In this document: positions 1-8,531 of the stretch, one piece after another | Numbering within the stretch: the first letter of the stretch is position 1 | How the letters are laid out: each line of letters opens with the position of its first letter | IMG/VR virus record: IMGVR_UViG_3300018063_000026 | Location: 1 to 40,918 of that record | Reading direction: 5' to 3' (one strand) | Length of the DNA stretch: 40,918 nt | DNA from: a virus | Lineage: Duplodnaviria > Caudoviricetes | Notes under the pieces: model-generated | The model's input: only the letters and a program-made list of their open reading frames with translations | Databases searched by the model: none | What the model was told of the DNA's origin: nothing | Position numbers and translations under genes: made by a program

Positions 1-53
1 CCACCTGCACCACCTGCACCACCTGCACCACCTGCACCACCTGCACCACCTGC
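1..53 (+). repeat. (CCACCTGCA)n tandem repeat, identical to 40866..40918 (terminal overlap of a circular contig)
   Basis: The first 53 nt match the last 53 nt exactly. The 9-bp unit encodes Pro-Pro-Ala. Confidence 0.95.
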
Positions 54-792
54 TGCGCCGGCCGCCGGCAACGTCCTGGCGCTGGGCGGCGCAGCCGACA
101 CTGGGACGTGGCTGCCAGACCAGTTTCACGTCAAGACGGAGGCCGGCGCGATCGACATCGAGCCAAGCGCAAGGAAGCTCGCCGACAGCTACCAGGCGCT
201 CGCCAAGCGCATGAAAGACACCGGGTCGCCGCCGAAGGATCCCGGTGAGTACCAAGTCACGGTGCCGCCCGAGCTGGCCGACAAGTGGAAGCCGGACGAA
301 GACCCTGGCATCCAGACGTTCCGGGCGAAGGCGCTGGAGCTCGGCCTGACGCAGCGCCAGTTCGACGGCGTGGTCAACGAGTACCTCTCGCGCGCGCCGG
401 CCGCGGCCGAGCAGGCGCAGGACGCTCAGTTCACAGCCGCGAACGCCAAGTTGCGCGAGGTGTGGAAGACCGACGACGAGTTCAAGAGCAACGTCAGCGC
501 CGCCTACCGCGCAACCAAGGAACTTGCCGGGGATGAGTTCGAAGCCACGATGAACGAGCTTGGCAACAATCCGAAGTTTCTGAGGCTGATGGCCCGCGTC
601 GGCGTCGAGATGTCCGAGGACACGTCACCGCAAAGCGCCAACGGCGCCGGCACGGCCTACGCCAGCATGAGTCGCGAAGCATTGATGCTGCACGAGGCGT
701 ACAGCAACACCAAGCACGCCGACTACCAGCTGGTCAGCACGATGGTGCGCCGCGCGTATGAGCGCGAGCACGGATCGACGCCAGCGATGTAG
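1..792 (+). CDS. Capsid scaffolding protein (3' part; the gene starts at 40830 and crosses the origin)
   Basis: Frame 1 is open from base 1 into ORF 211..792. Helical charged protein (PPKDPGEY...LGNNPKFLRLMARVG) directly upstream of the major capsid gene. Confidence 0.85.
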   Translation, partial: PPAPPAPPAPPAPPAPPAAPAAGNVLALGGAADTGTWLPDQFHVKTEAGAIDIEPSARKLADSYQALAKRMKDTGSPPKDPGEYQVTVPPELADKWKPDEDPGIQTFRAKALELGLTQRQFDGVVNEYLSRAPAAAEQAQDAQFTAANAKLREVWKTDDEFKSNVSAAYRATKELAGDEFEATMNELGNNPKFLRLMARVGVEMSEDTSPQSANGAGTAYASMSREALMLHEAYSNTKHADYQLVSTMVRRAYEREHGSTPAM

Positions 793-797
793 CGATT

Positions 798-831
798 CGG
801 CAAGATTTCTCCGCTCACGCCAGCCGACCAT
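798..831 (+). promoter_or_regulatory. Putative late promoter copy 1 (CGGCAAGATTTCTCCG-N12-GACCAT)
   Basis: The motif recurs at 15489, 21523 and 35075, each time with an nAnnnT hexamer at the same spacing. Confidence 0.65.
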
Positions 832-844
832 CCCCGGCGTGATG

Positions 845-966
845 GGGCCGGTGGTGGCGACGCCGAACAACCCTCGATGCCCGTTCCACGTGTGCTGTAG
901 CCGGCGCACCTGGCACGTGAGCGGGCCGGCGCGAGCCGAACAACCCGAATGGCGGAACCGAAACGG
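845..966 (+). promoter_or_regulatory. Structured capsid mRNA leader with two GGG-C-hairpin-AACAA-CCC modules
   Basis: Modules at 845-873 and 923-946; competing stem 879-892/914-926. Confidence 0.55.
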
Positions 967-986
967 AACCACCTTCGGAGTTCAAC

Positions 987-1850
987 GTGCCAGCATCAAT
1001 CACTCAAGCATTCGTACAGCAGTGGGACGACACGATCCGCCTTCAAGCGCAGCAGAAAGAATCGCGCCTGGAAATGACGGTGAGCGACAAGGGCTCAATC
1101 ACCGGCGAGTCGTTCACTGCGAACCGCTTGGCGCCGATCGACGACACCCCAGCGAACACCACGCGCCACGGCGATACTGTGTGGTCAGACGCCATTCACT
1201 CGACGCGCGTCGGGTTGATGCAGGACTTCTATCAGGCGCTGCCGGTCGATCGCGCGGACGAGCCGAAGTTGCTTGTCAATCCGGCCGGCACAGCCTACCC
1301 GAGTTCCCTGAACATGGCGTGGAACCGGCGCAAGGATCAGCTGATCTTCTCCGCGCTGATCGGCAACTCGCAGAACAAGGAAGGCGGCCAGGTAGCTATC
1401 CCTGCCGGCCAGATCATCGTGCACGGTTCCGCCGTGTTCACCAAGGCCAAGATCATCCAGGCCAAGGTACTGTTCCGCAAGAACGAGTCGGACAACAACA
1501 ACGGCGAGGAGCTGTACTGCGCGTACAACTCCGAGATGATGAGCGACATCCTCTCCGATACCACGTTGACGAGCGCGGACTTCATGGCCGTCAAGATGCT
1601 CTACGAGGGCGACGTGTCTGGCAAGTGGCTCGGCGTCAACTGGGTGCCGTACGAGAAAATCCAACTCGTATCGACCACGTACACGACGGCTATGTGGGCC
1701 AAGAGCGCGCTGCTGCGCGGCACCGGCTTCGTCGAGGGGCGAGCCCAGCGGCGCGGCGACAAGAAGGACACGCTTCAGGTCAGCATGGCCGCCTCATTCG
1801 GCGCGGTGCGCGTCGAAGAGGAAAAAGTCGTGCGGATCGAATTCATCTGA
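987..1850 (+). CDS. Major capsid protein
   Basis: GTG start with GGAG RBS. N-terminus SITQAFVQQW...LQAQQKESRL and C-terminus FGAVRVEEEKVVRI are typical of BPP-1-like capsid proteins. Confidence 0.92.
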   Translation: MPASITQAFVQQWDDTIRLQAQQKESRLEMTVSDKGSITGESFTANRLAPIDDTPANTTRHGDTVWSDAIHSTRVGLMQDFYQALPVDRADEPKLLVNPAGTAYPSSLNMAWNRRKDQLIFSALIGNSQNKEGGQVAIPAGQIIVHGSAVFTKAKIIQAKVLFRKNESDNNNGEELYCAYNSEMMSDILSDTTLTSADFMAVKMLYEGDVSGKWLGVNWVPYEKIQLVSTTYTTAMWAKSALLRGTGFVEGRAQRRGDKKDTLQVSMAASFGAVRVEEEKVVRIEFI

Positions 1851-1864
1851 ACGGAGCATAAGCA

Positions 1865-2335
1865 ATGGCTGAAATCGTTTCCCGGCAAGTAGCGGCGATG
1901 GCCGCCGGCTTGACTGGCTTTGCCAAGCCGCTGACAAACCTGGTGTTCGCAAAGAAGCGTGTCATCACGATCACCGCGCCGACGACGCAGGTGATCGCGC
2001 AGAACGACACCATCGCGAGCGGCATCGCGCTCCCGGTCGGAACGCGGTTCGGGCTGTCCAACTGGGTGAGTCACCAGGCGCAGGGCACGTCGGTGACGCT
2101 CGATGTCGGCATCCGTAACTTCGCAACCAAGGTGGCGATCGACGCCGATGGCCTTGGGGCGCTGGTGGCGGTGGCCGCCGCCGGCATCACGCAGTTCGCC
2201 ACCGGCGCGCTGGTGGCCGCTGGCGCTGACTACGTGACCACCGAGGTTTCGGAGATCTACGCCACGTACATCGCCGCGAATCCCACCGACAACGCGCAGA
2301 TGCGCCTCGACATCGAGGTGCTGCTGCCGGACTGA
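1865..2335 (+). CDS. Capsid cement/decoration protein
   Basis: 156-aa beta-rich protein right after the capsid gene, with RBS and followed by a terminator. Confidence 0.7.
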   Translation: MAEIVSRQVAAMAAGLTGFAKPLTNLVFAKKRVITITAPTTQVIAQNDTIASGIALPVGTRFGLSNWVSHQAQGTSVTLDVGIRNFATKVAIDADGLGALVAVAAAGITQFATGALVAAGADYVTTEVSEIYATYIAANPTDNAQMRLDIEVLLPD

Positions 2336-2353
2336 GTTTCAACCGCTGCCATC

Positions 2354-2388
2354 GCGGCCCGCGCCGGCTACCGGCCGGGCCGTTTTTC
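2354..2388 (+). terminator. Rho-independent terminator
   Basis: GC hairpin CGGCCCG...CGGGCCG followed by TTTTT. Confidence 0.8.
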
Positions 2389-2406
2389 ATTTGAAGGGGC
2401 ACGATC

Positions 2407-2988
2407 ATCGCCACCGAAGTCTCGATCTGCTCGAACGCGCTGCAGATGCTCGGCGACTCGTCGATTGCGTCGTTCACCGAAGGCAGCAAGCGCGCGACCA
2501 CCGCGGCCAACCTGTGGCCAGACGTGCGAGACGACATCCTGCGTCACAAGCCATGGAATTGCGCGAAGAAGCGGGTGCTGCTCGCGCCAGAGGTGGCAAC
2601 GCCACCATTCGGGTTCAGCTTCAATTTCACCAAGCCGGGTGACTGGCTACGCACCTTGCAGGTCGGCGAAGACTACTGCGACATTCCATTCGCCGACGAG
2701 AGCGGGCGCATCCTGTGCGACCTCAACCCGCTGCCGCTGCGCTACCTCTGGCGCAACGCGAACCCGGCAACCTACGACTCCATGCTGGTGCGGGTGATGA
2801 CGCTCGCAATGGCCGCGCAACTCGCCTATCCGATCACGTCTTCAGCCGCGGTCGAGCAGACCAGATACCAGCAGCTGGAACTGGCGCTGCGCCGCGCCGC
2901 ATCCGTGGATGGCCAGGACGACGGGCCCGAGGACGCCGGGCACTTTGACCTTCTGACGGCCCGGTTCCGCTCGCGCTACTCTGTCTGA
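2407..2988 (+). CDS. Tail tubular protein A / head-tail adaptor (likely non-AUG start at 2407; first ATG at 2446)
   Basis: ATEVSICSNALQMLGD...HKPWNCAKKR...PGDWLR motifs. GAAGGGG RBS lies upstream of ATC. Confidence 0.85.
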   Translation: MATEVSICSNALQMLGDSSIASFTEGSKRATTAANLWPDVRDDILRHKPWNCAKKRVLLAPEVATPPFGFSFNFTKPGDWLRTLQVGEDYCDIPFADESGRILCDLNPLPLRYLWRNANPATYDSMLVRVMTLAMAAQLAYPITSSAAVEQTRYQQLELALRRAASVDGQDDGPEDAGHFDLLTARFRSRYSV

Positions 2989-2993
2989 CGGTC

Positions 2994-5219
2994 GTGCCGC
3001 GCCTTCAGCCGATCGCCACGAACTTCACCGCCGGTGAGCTGTCGCCGCGCACGCGCGGGCGCGTGGACATCGCGCAGTACAACAACGGCGCGCAGCGGCT
3101 GCTGAATTGCTACCCGGTGATCCAAGGCGGCGCCGTGAGTCGGCCTGGCACCATCTTCACCGGCGAGGCCAAGCACCACGATAAGAAGTCTCGGCTGATC
3201 CCATTCGTCGTTCGCAAGGGCGCTGCATACGTCACGGAGTGGGGCGAGGGATACATCCGCTTCTACAAGGACGCTGTGTACTTGTTGTCGGTTAATCCAG
3301 GCTTCGGGCAGATAGGCTCGCCGTTCAACGAAACGCAGGTCTTTGATATCGATTGGGGGCAGGACTCGGACACGATGTACATCGCCTACTCGACGGTGAT
3401 CCCGTACCGCCTGCGCCGGTTCTCGGATACGGTCTGGGACATGGCGATCACGCCGTTCAGCACGATCCCATTCGACGAGATCGGCCGGCGCCCGGCGGCA
3501 ACCCTTACGCTCTCTGCCACGTCTGTAGGCACCGGGCGCACGGTGACCGCGAGCGCTGCTGTGTTTCTGGCTTCCGATGTCGGTCGCGCTATCTCGTACC
3601 AGGGTGGCATTGCAGTCGTCACTGTCTACAACTCGACCACGAACGTCACCGCGGACATCACCATCGCGTTCGCGTCAACCGCGGTGCCGTCGGGATGGCT
3701 GCTCGACAGCTCTCCGCAGACCATCAACACGCCGAGCGCTGCGAACCCGGTCGGCGCGACCATCACCCTGACGCTGACCGCCGATGGCTGGCGAGCTGCC
3801 GATGTCGGCTCCTACGTGCGCATCAACGGCGGGCTGGTCAGGATCACCGTCGTCACGTCGGCGCTTGTCGTCAGCGCCATCATCCTCAAGGAGCTGACCG
3901 GCGTCGTCGCCGCGCCGGCGCTCGCGTGGACGATCGAAACCTCCACGTGGAACGGTACCGACGGCTTTCCGCGCACGGTCTCTCTGCACCAGCAGCGGCT
4001 GGTCTTCGCCGGCTCGACCGGCTACCCGCAAACCATCTGGGGAAGCCGCATCGGTGAACCGCTGGACTTCACGCGCGGCACGGCCGACAGCGATGGGTAC
4101 GCCTTCACGCTCGCCAGTGACGAGAACAACCAAATTGCTTGGCTGAGCGCAGCGCGCGACCTGATGGCGTTGACGTTCGGCGCCGAGTACAGCCTGCGCG
4201 GCGGCGTCGAGAAGCCGATCACACCAACGAACGTGCAGATCAAGCCGGAAAGCAACCACGGCGCATCTGCTGCACGTCCCGTGCAGATCAAGCGCGAAGC
4301 GATGTTCGTGCAGCGCGCCGGGCGTAAGGTGCGCGCGCTGGCCTACAAATACGACTTCGACGGCTACAACGCGCCGGATGTGATCGCGCTGTCCGAGCAT
4401 CTGACCGGCAAGGCCGCAGATGGGACGCAACTGTCGATCGTGGACATGGCCTACCAGCAGGAACCAGACACCCTGCTATGGTGTGTGCGCTCAGACGGCA
4501 AGCTGCTGAGCTGCACCATCGACCGCGACCAAAGCGTGGTCGGCTGGGCGCAGCACGATGTCGGGGACGCCGTGGAATCCGTGTGCGTCGTGCCGGCAGA
4601 TGGCGCCGATGTGCTGTATCTGCTGGTGCGCCGGACAATCAACGGCGCGACGAAGAGATTCATCGAGCGCATGGAGATGTCCACCACGTCCACACGTACC
4701 TCCGAGAAGAACCTGATGCAAGTTGATTGCGGGGCTTTTCTCTACGTCGAGAACGGGCAGGCCTTCGTCAACGCGCCGCTCCTGGTCGGCAAGCAGATCG
4801 ATGTTGTCGGCGACGGCGCGTACCTCGGGCGCTTCACCGTTCCAGCCGGTGGCGTCGTCACGCTGCCTCGTGCGGCGAACTCGCTGATGTGGGGCCTGCC
4901 GTTCACCACTCAGGTGCTGCCTGTGACGCCGGAAATCGGCACTGGCACCGGCACCGCGGCCGGGCAGGCCATGCGCACGTCCAAGGCGACGCTGCGCGTG
5001 CTTGACAGCGGCCCGGTGACGATCAACGGCCAGTTGCTGCCGTTCCGCAACTTCGGGTCGGAGCTGCTCGACAAGCCGCAGCCGCTGTTCACAGGCGATG
5101 CCGACGCGAGCGAGGCTGGCTGGGAAGATGGTTCGTCAGACCTGCTGATCGAGCGCTCGCTGCCGTTCCCGATGCACCTGCTCGCGGTGATCCGCGACTT
5201 CACGGTCAACTCAGGCTGA
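2994..5219 (+). CDS. Tail tubular protein B / nozzle
   Basis: TNFTAGELSPR...GRVD N-terminus, HQQRLVFAG and QTIWGSRIG motifs; 741 aa; synteny. Confidence 0.9.
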   Translation: MPRLQPIATNFTAGELSPRTRGRVDIAQYNNGAQRLLNCYPVIQGGAVSRPGTIFTGEAKHHDKKSRLIPFVVRKGAAYVTEWGEGYIRFYKDAVYLLSVNPGFGQIGSPFNETQVFDIDWGQDSDTMYIAYSTVIPYRLRRFSDTVWDMAITPFSTIPFDEIGRRPAATLTLSATSVGTGRTVTASAAVFLASDVGRAISYQGGIAVVTVYNSTTNVTADITIAFASTAVPSGWLLDSSPQTINTPSAANPVGATITLTLTADGWRAADVGSYVRINGGLVRITVVTSALVVSAIILKELTGVVAAPALAWTIETSTWNGTDGFPRTVSLHQQRLVFAGSTGYPQTIWGSRIGEPLDFTRGTADSDGYAFTLASDENNQIAWLSAARDLMALTFGAEYSLRGGVEKPITPTNVQIKPESNHGASAARPVQIKREAMFVQRAGRKVRALAYKYDFDGYNAPDVIALSEHLTGKAADGTQLSIVDMAYQQEPDTLLWCVRSDGKLLSCTIDRDQSVVGWAQHDVGDAVESVCVVPADGADVLYLLVRRTINGATKRFIERMEMSTTSTRTSEKNLMQVDCGAFLYVENGQAFVNAPLLVGKQIDVVGDGAYLGRFTVPAGGVVTLPRAANSLMWGLPFTTQVLPVTPEIGTGTGTAAGQAMRTSKATLRVLDSGPVTINGQLLPFRNFGSELLDKPQPLFTGDADASEAGWEDGSSDLLIERSLPFPMHLLAVIRDFTVNSG

Positions 5220-5227
5220 CACCCGCA

Positions 5228-5416
5228 TCAAAGCAATCCCTCAACATTGGCGACGAATCTATGTGCAAGCTCATACATTTCATCGTATGCCTTCGTATCG
5301 CGAATGCCGTCGCGGTCTGGCATCGAATGATAGGTTTCCAGCATAGCGAGCAAGTGGCCCTTGGCCTTCTGCCACTCCATCCGTTTCATCGCTTCAAGAA
5401 TGTCCGTTGCGTCCAT
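5228..5416 (-). CDS. Counter-oriented 62-aa hypothetical protein (moron-like)
   Basis: Fills the gap between the nozzle and GNAT genes; looks AT-richer than flanks; TACGAT -10-like hexamer 5 nt before ATG. Confidence 0.65.
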   Translation of the reverse strand: MDATDILEAMKRMEWQKAKGHLLAMLETYHSMPDRDGIRDTKAYDEMYELAHRFVANVEGLL

Positions 5417-5440
5417 GGTGAATCGTAACCCGTTTCCACG

Positions 5441-5896
5441 ATGATCCGCCCAGCCAACGACGAAGACCTGCCGGCGCTGACCGCGCTTGGTCGGCGCATG
5501 CACGACGAAAGCCCGCGCTGGTCGCGCCTGTCATTCGATGCTGCTCGCGCGCACGCGACGCTTGCGATGCTGCTCGACAACGAGGATGGCCTGCTGCTGG
5601 TTGCCGAGCACGAAGGCGCCATCGCCGGCGGCATCGCTGCGATGTGCGCGCCGCATTGGTCTTCGCGCGACCGCGTCGCCTTCGACTTGGGCCTGTTCCT
5701 CGCGCCCGAGGCGCGCGGCGGCATGGATGCGGTGCGGCTGGTGCGCGCATACCGCGAGTGGGCGCGCGGCCGCGGCGCGGTGCACATCACGCTCGGCATC
5801 TCAACAGGGGTGCATGCCGAGCAGACGGGGCATCTCTACGAGCGCATGGGATTCACGTGCTGCGGCCAGAACTACGAGGTGGCCAATGTGCGGTGA
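5441..5896 (+). CDS. GNAT-family acetyltransferase-like protein of the podoviral virion module
   Basis: MIRPANDEDL, FLAPEARGG and LYERMGF GNAT motifs; conserved position before the ejection genes. Confidence 0.88.
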   Translation: MIRPANDEDLPALTALGRRMHDESPRWSRLSFDAARAHATLAMLLDNEDGLLLVAEHEGAIAGGIAAMCAPHWSSRDRVAFDLGLFLAPEARGGMDAVRLVRAYREWARGRGAVHITLGISTGVHAEQTGHLYERMGFTCCGQNYEVANVR

Positions 5897-6395
5897 CTCC
5901 ATCAACATGCTGATGATGGCCTACGGCGTGCAGGCCGGCGGCAACATCATGGCCGGGCAGGACGCGCGCCGGCAAGCCGGCGCCGAGGCTGCTCAGCTCG
6001 ACCAGCAAGCGCTGTACGAGCGCGACACCGGCAAGGTGACGGCTGAGAAGATCCGCAAGCATGGAGCGGCTCAACGCGGCGCTGCGGTAGCTGCGCAGGC
6101 CGCCAGCGGCGTCCGAGTCGGCGAAGGCTCGGCGCTCGATGCCGAGCGGCAGATCATGGCCAACACCGAAGAAGACGCGATGCTGACGCTTCTGTCGGGC
6201 GACAGGCAGGCCGAGCAGCTGCGCTACCAGGGCTCGCTGACCCGCAGGGCCGGGCGCAACGCGCAGCGCAATTCGTGGCTGGCGGCCAGTACCAACGTGC
6301 TCGCGGCTGGCTACGAGTACAACCGGTGGAAGGGCCGGAACACTCCGATCGATCGCGGCTACGCCGACGACTTGCCGACGCGAGGCGGGCGCTGA
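5886..6395 (+). CDS. Internal virion (ejection) protein 1
   Basis: MCG... start; Ala/Gln-rich helical protein with AQAASGV..GEGSALD motif. Confidence 0.8.
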   Translation: MCGDSINMLMMAYGVQAGGNIMAGQDARRQAGAEAAQLDQQALYERDTGKVTAEKIRKHGAAQRGAAVAAQAASGVRVGEGSALDAERQIMANTEEDAMLTLLSGDRQAEQLRYQGSLTRRAGRNAQRNSWLAASTNVLAAGYEYNRWKGRNTPIDRGYADDLPTRGGR

Positions 6396-8531
6396 ATGGC
6401 GCGCATCCCGATCGAGCCGACCGGCCGGGTGATCCCGCAGGGGCCCGGGCAGGGCTGGCGCGTGCCGGCCGGCGCCTTCGACAGCGGTGGCGAGGCGCTG
6501 GCCCGTGCCGGCCAGGCTGTCGGGCGCATGGCCGGGCAGACGCTCGATGACGAGCAGCGCGTACAGGAGCAGCAGCAGCGCGAGGAAAAGCAGCGCTGGC
6601 GCGAGGAGCAGCACCGTATGTCTGCCGCGGCAGACAAGGCCGAACAGGCTCGCGAGGCAATGGCGCTGATCGGCGCTGAGGACGCGCTGGCCACGGCGCA
6701 GGAAGAAATCACCGACGGGTTGCGCACCGGCAAGGTACCGAAGGACAAGGCCGAGGAACTGTGGGCCGAGCGATCGAGCAAGATCGTCGGCGCGGCGACA
6801 CCGCAGTTCCGCACTGACCGGCGCGAGCTGGTGCAGGCGCAACTGCAGAGCGGAGTCAACAAGATGGGCCGCGGCGTCGCGCAGGCGCGTGAGCAGCGCG
6901 ACCGGCAGGACGTGACGGTTGACATCGACGGCATCCTTGAAGCGGCGTCGCGTGGGTACGCGCGCGACCCGGCGCAAGCCACCGCGCGCGTGGAGACTGC
7001 GCTGCGCGACCTCGGGCCGACCTCGCTCTACTCGCCGCAGGAACTCGCGCGCAAGGGGCAGGCGTGGAAGGAAACCGCGCAGTACACGTCTGCGCTCGGC
7101 GCGGTCAACGGCGCGCGGCGCGACAACAGGGCATTGCAAAGTGTCGAGAAGATGCTCAGTTCTCCGCGCTTCGCCGACATGGACGAGAGGCAAAAAACCA
7201 CGCTCCTGGGCCAAATCGACAACTACCGGGCCAGCAACGACGCGGCGGCGCTGCGCGCGCAGCATTCGGCCGAGATTCGCGCGGCAGCCGCCGACCGCAA
7301 GGCCCGGCTTGTGGTCGATGGCGTGCAGAAACTCGCCGACGGCGGCATGTTTGTCGATCCGCAGTGGGGCGCCGAGCAGATCGCCAAGCTCAAGAACATG
7401 CCTGAGCACCAGGCGATGGCAGTTGCGCTGCTGAAGGGCGCGCAGGCCGGCAACGGATTGGCCAGGCAGCCGCTGGCAACGCAACGCGCGACGCTCGACG
7501 TGCTCAACGCCGAGATAGCGCAGAAAGGCAACAACGAGCAGCGCGCCGATCGCCTGGCTAAGGTAGAGAAGGTGGTACGCAGCACTGAGGCCGACATCAA
7601 GAGCGACCAACTGCGCGGCTGGATCAAGCGAAGCCCTGACGACGCAGCCGAATTCCGCCCGCTCAACACGTCTTCGTTGCAGGCGCTCGCGCAATCATTC
7701 GCCGCGCGCATGCCTATCGCCGAGCATGCCGCGGTATGGTCAGGTGAGCCTGTGTCGCCGCTGGTCAATGAGGAAGTCGGCCCGGTGCGCAAGCTGATCG
7801 AGGTGCTTCCGGTAAAGGAGCGCGCCGCCGCGCTCGGCACGCTCGCGCAGGCGCTGCCGCCGCTGGCGCGCGCCGGGCTCGCGAAGCAACTCGACAAGGA
7901 CGACAAGGCGCTCGGCTTCGCGCTGGCCGCGGCCGGCACTGGGACGCAGGCCGGGATGCAGGCGGCCGAGCTGACACTGAAGGGCCAGCAGGCTCTGAAG
8001 GACAAGACAGCCGTCAAGGACGACAAGGCGCTGACCGGCTGGACGGCCACCATCGCGACCGACTTGGCTGGGGTGTATCCGAACGAAGAGCAGTCGCAGG
8101 GCACGGCCGATGCCGCGTACATGATCGCCGCCGGCTTGGCGCACGACAACGGCGGCACGGTGAGCGGCAAGCAGCTTCGGCGTGCGGTGCAGATGGCCGC
8201 CGGCGGCGAGATCATCGAGCACAACGGCCGCCGCCTGCCGCTGCCGGCCGGGATCACCGAAGACATGCTGGAGAAGCGCCTGCGCGCGGTGTCTGTGATC
8301 GAGATCGCGCAGCAGTCGATGCCGCGGCCGGCAGCGGCCGGCGCCCTCGTTGACCTCGGAACGGCCACGGTGCGCGCGGCTGGCGTGCAGGTTCCGGTGC
8401 GCGACTTCATCGCCAAGCTGCCAGGCGCCGAACTGGTCTACGCCGGGCCCGGCCAATACAACGTGCTGGTAGGCGGCCGGCCGGTGCTGGACAGCGAAGG
8501 CCGCCGGCGCATCACGATCCGGGTGCAGTGA
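6396..8531 (+). CDS. Internal virion / DNA ejection protein 2
   Basis: 711 aa, MARIP start, helical; synteny. Confidence 0.8.
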   Translation: MARIPIEPTGRVIPQGPGQGWRVPAGAFDSGGEALARAGQAVGRMAGQTLDDEQRVQEQQQREEKQRWREEQHRMSAAADKAEQAREAMALIGAEDALATAQEEITDGLRTGKVPKDKAEELWAERSSKIVGAATPQFRTDRRELVQAQLQSGVNKMGRGVAQAREQRDRQDVTVDIDGILEAASRGYARDPAQATARVETALRDLGPTSLYSPQELARKGQAWKETAQYTSALGAVNGARRDNRALQSVEKMLSSPRFADMDERQKTTLLGQIDNYRASNDAAALRAQHSAEIRAAAADRKARLVVDGVQKLADGGMFVDPQWGAEQIAKLKNMPEHQAMAVALLKGAQAGNGLARQPLATQRATLDVLNAEIAQKGNNEQRADRLAKVEKVVRSTEADIKSDQLRGWIKRSPDDAAEFRPLNTSSLQALAQSFAARMPIAEHAAVWSGEPVSPLVNEEVGPVRKLIEVLPVKERAAALGTLAQALPPLARAGLAKQLDKDDKALGFALAAAGTGTQAGMQAAELTLKGQQALKDKTAVKDDKALTGWTATIATDLAGVYPNEEQSQGTADAAYMIAAGLAHDNGGTVSGKQLRRAVQMAAGGEIIEHNGRRLPLPAGITEDMLEKRLRAVSVIEIAQQSMPRPAAAGALVDLGTATVRAAGVQVPVRDFIAKLPGAELVYAGPGQYNVLVGGRPVLDSEGRRRITIRVQ

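Noticed and set aside
1-53. Biological direct terminal repeat of the virion DNA
   Set aside because: It is a simple tandem repeat inside a coding sequence, more consistent with an assembler break point.
798-814. Sigma-54 promoter reading of the GGCAAG motif
   Set aside because: The GG-to-GC spacing is 12 nt rather than the required 10, and the TGGCAC/TTGC consensus is absent.
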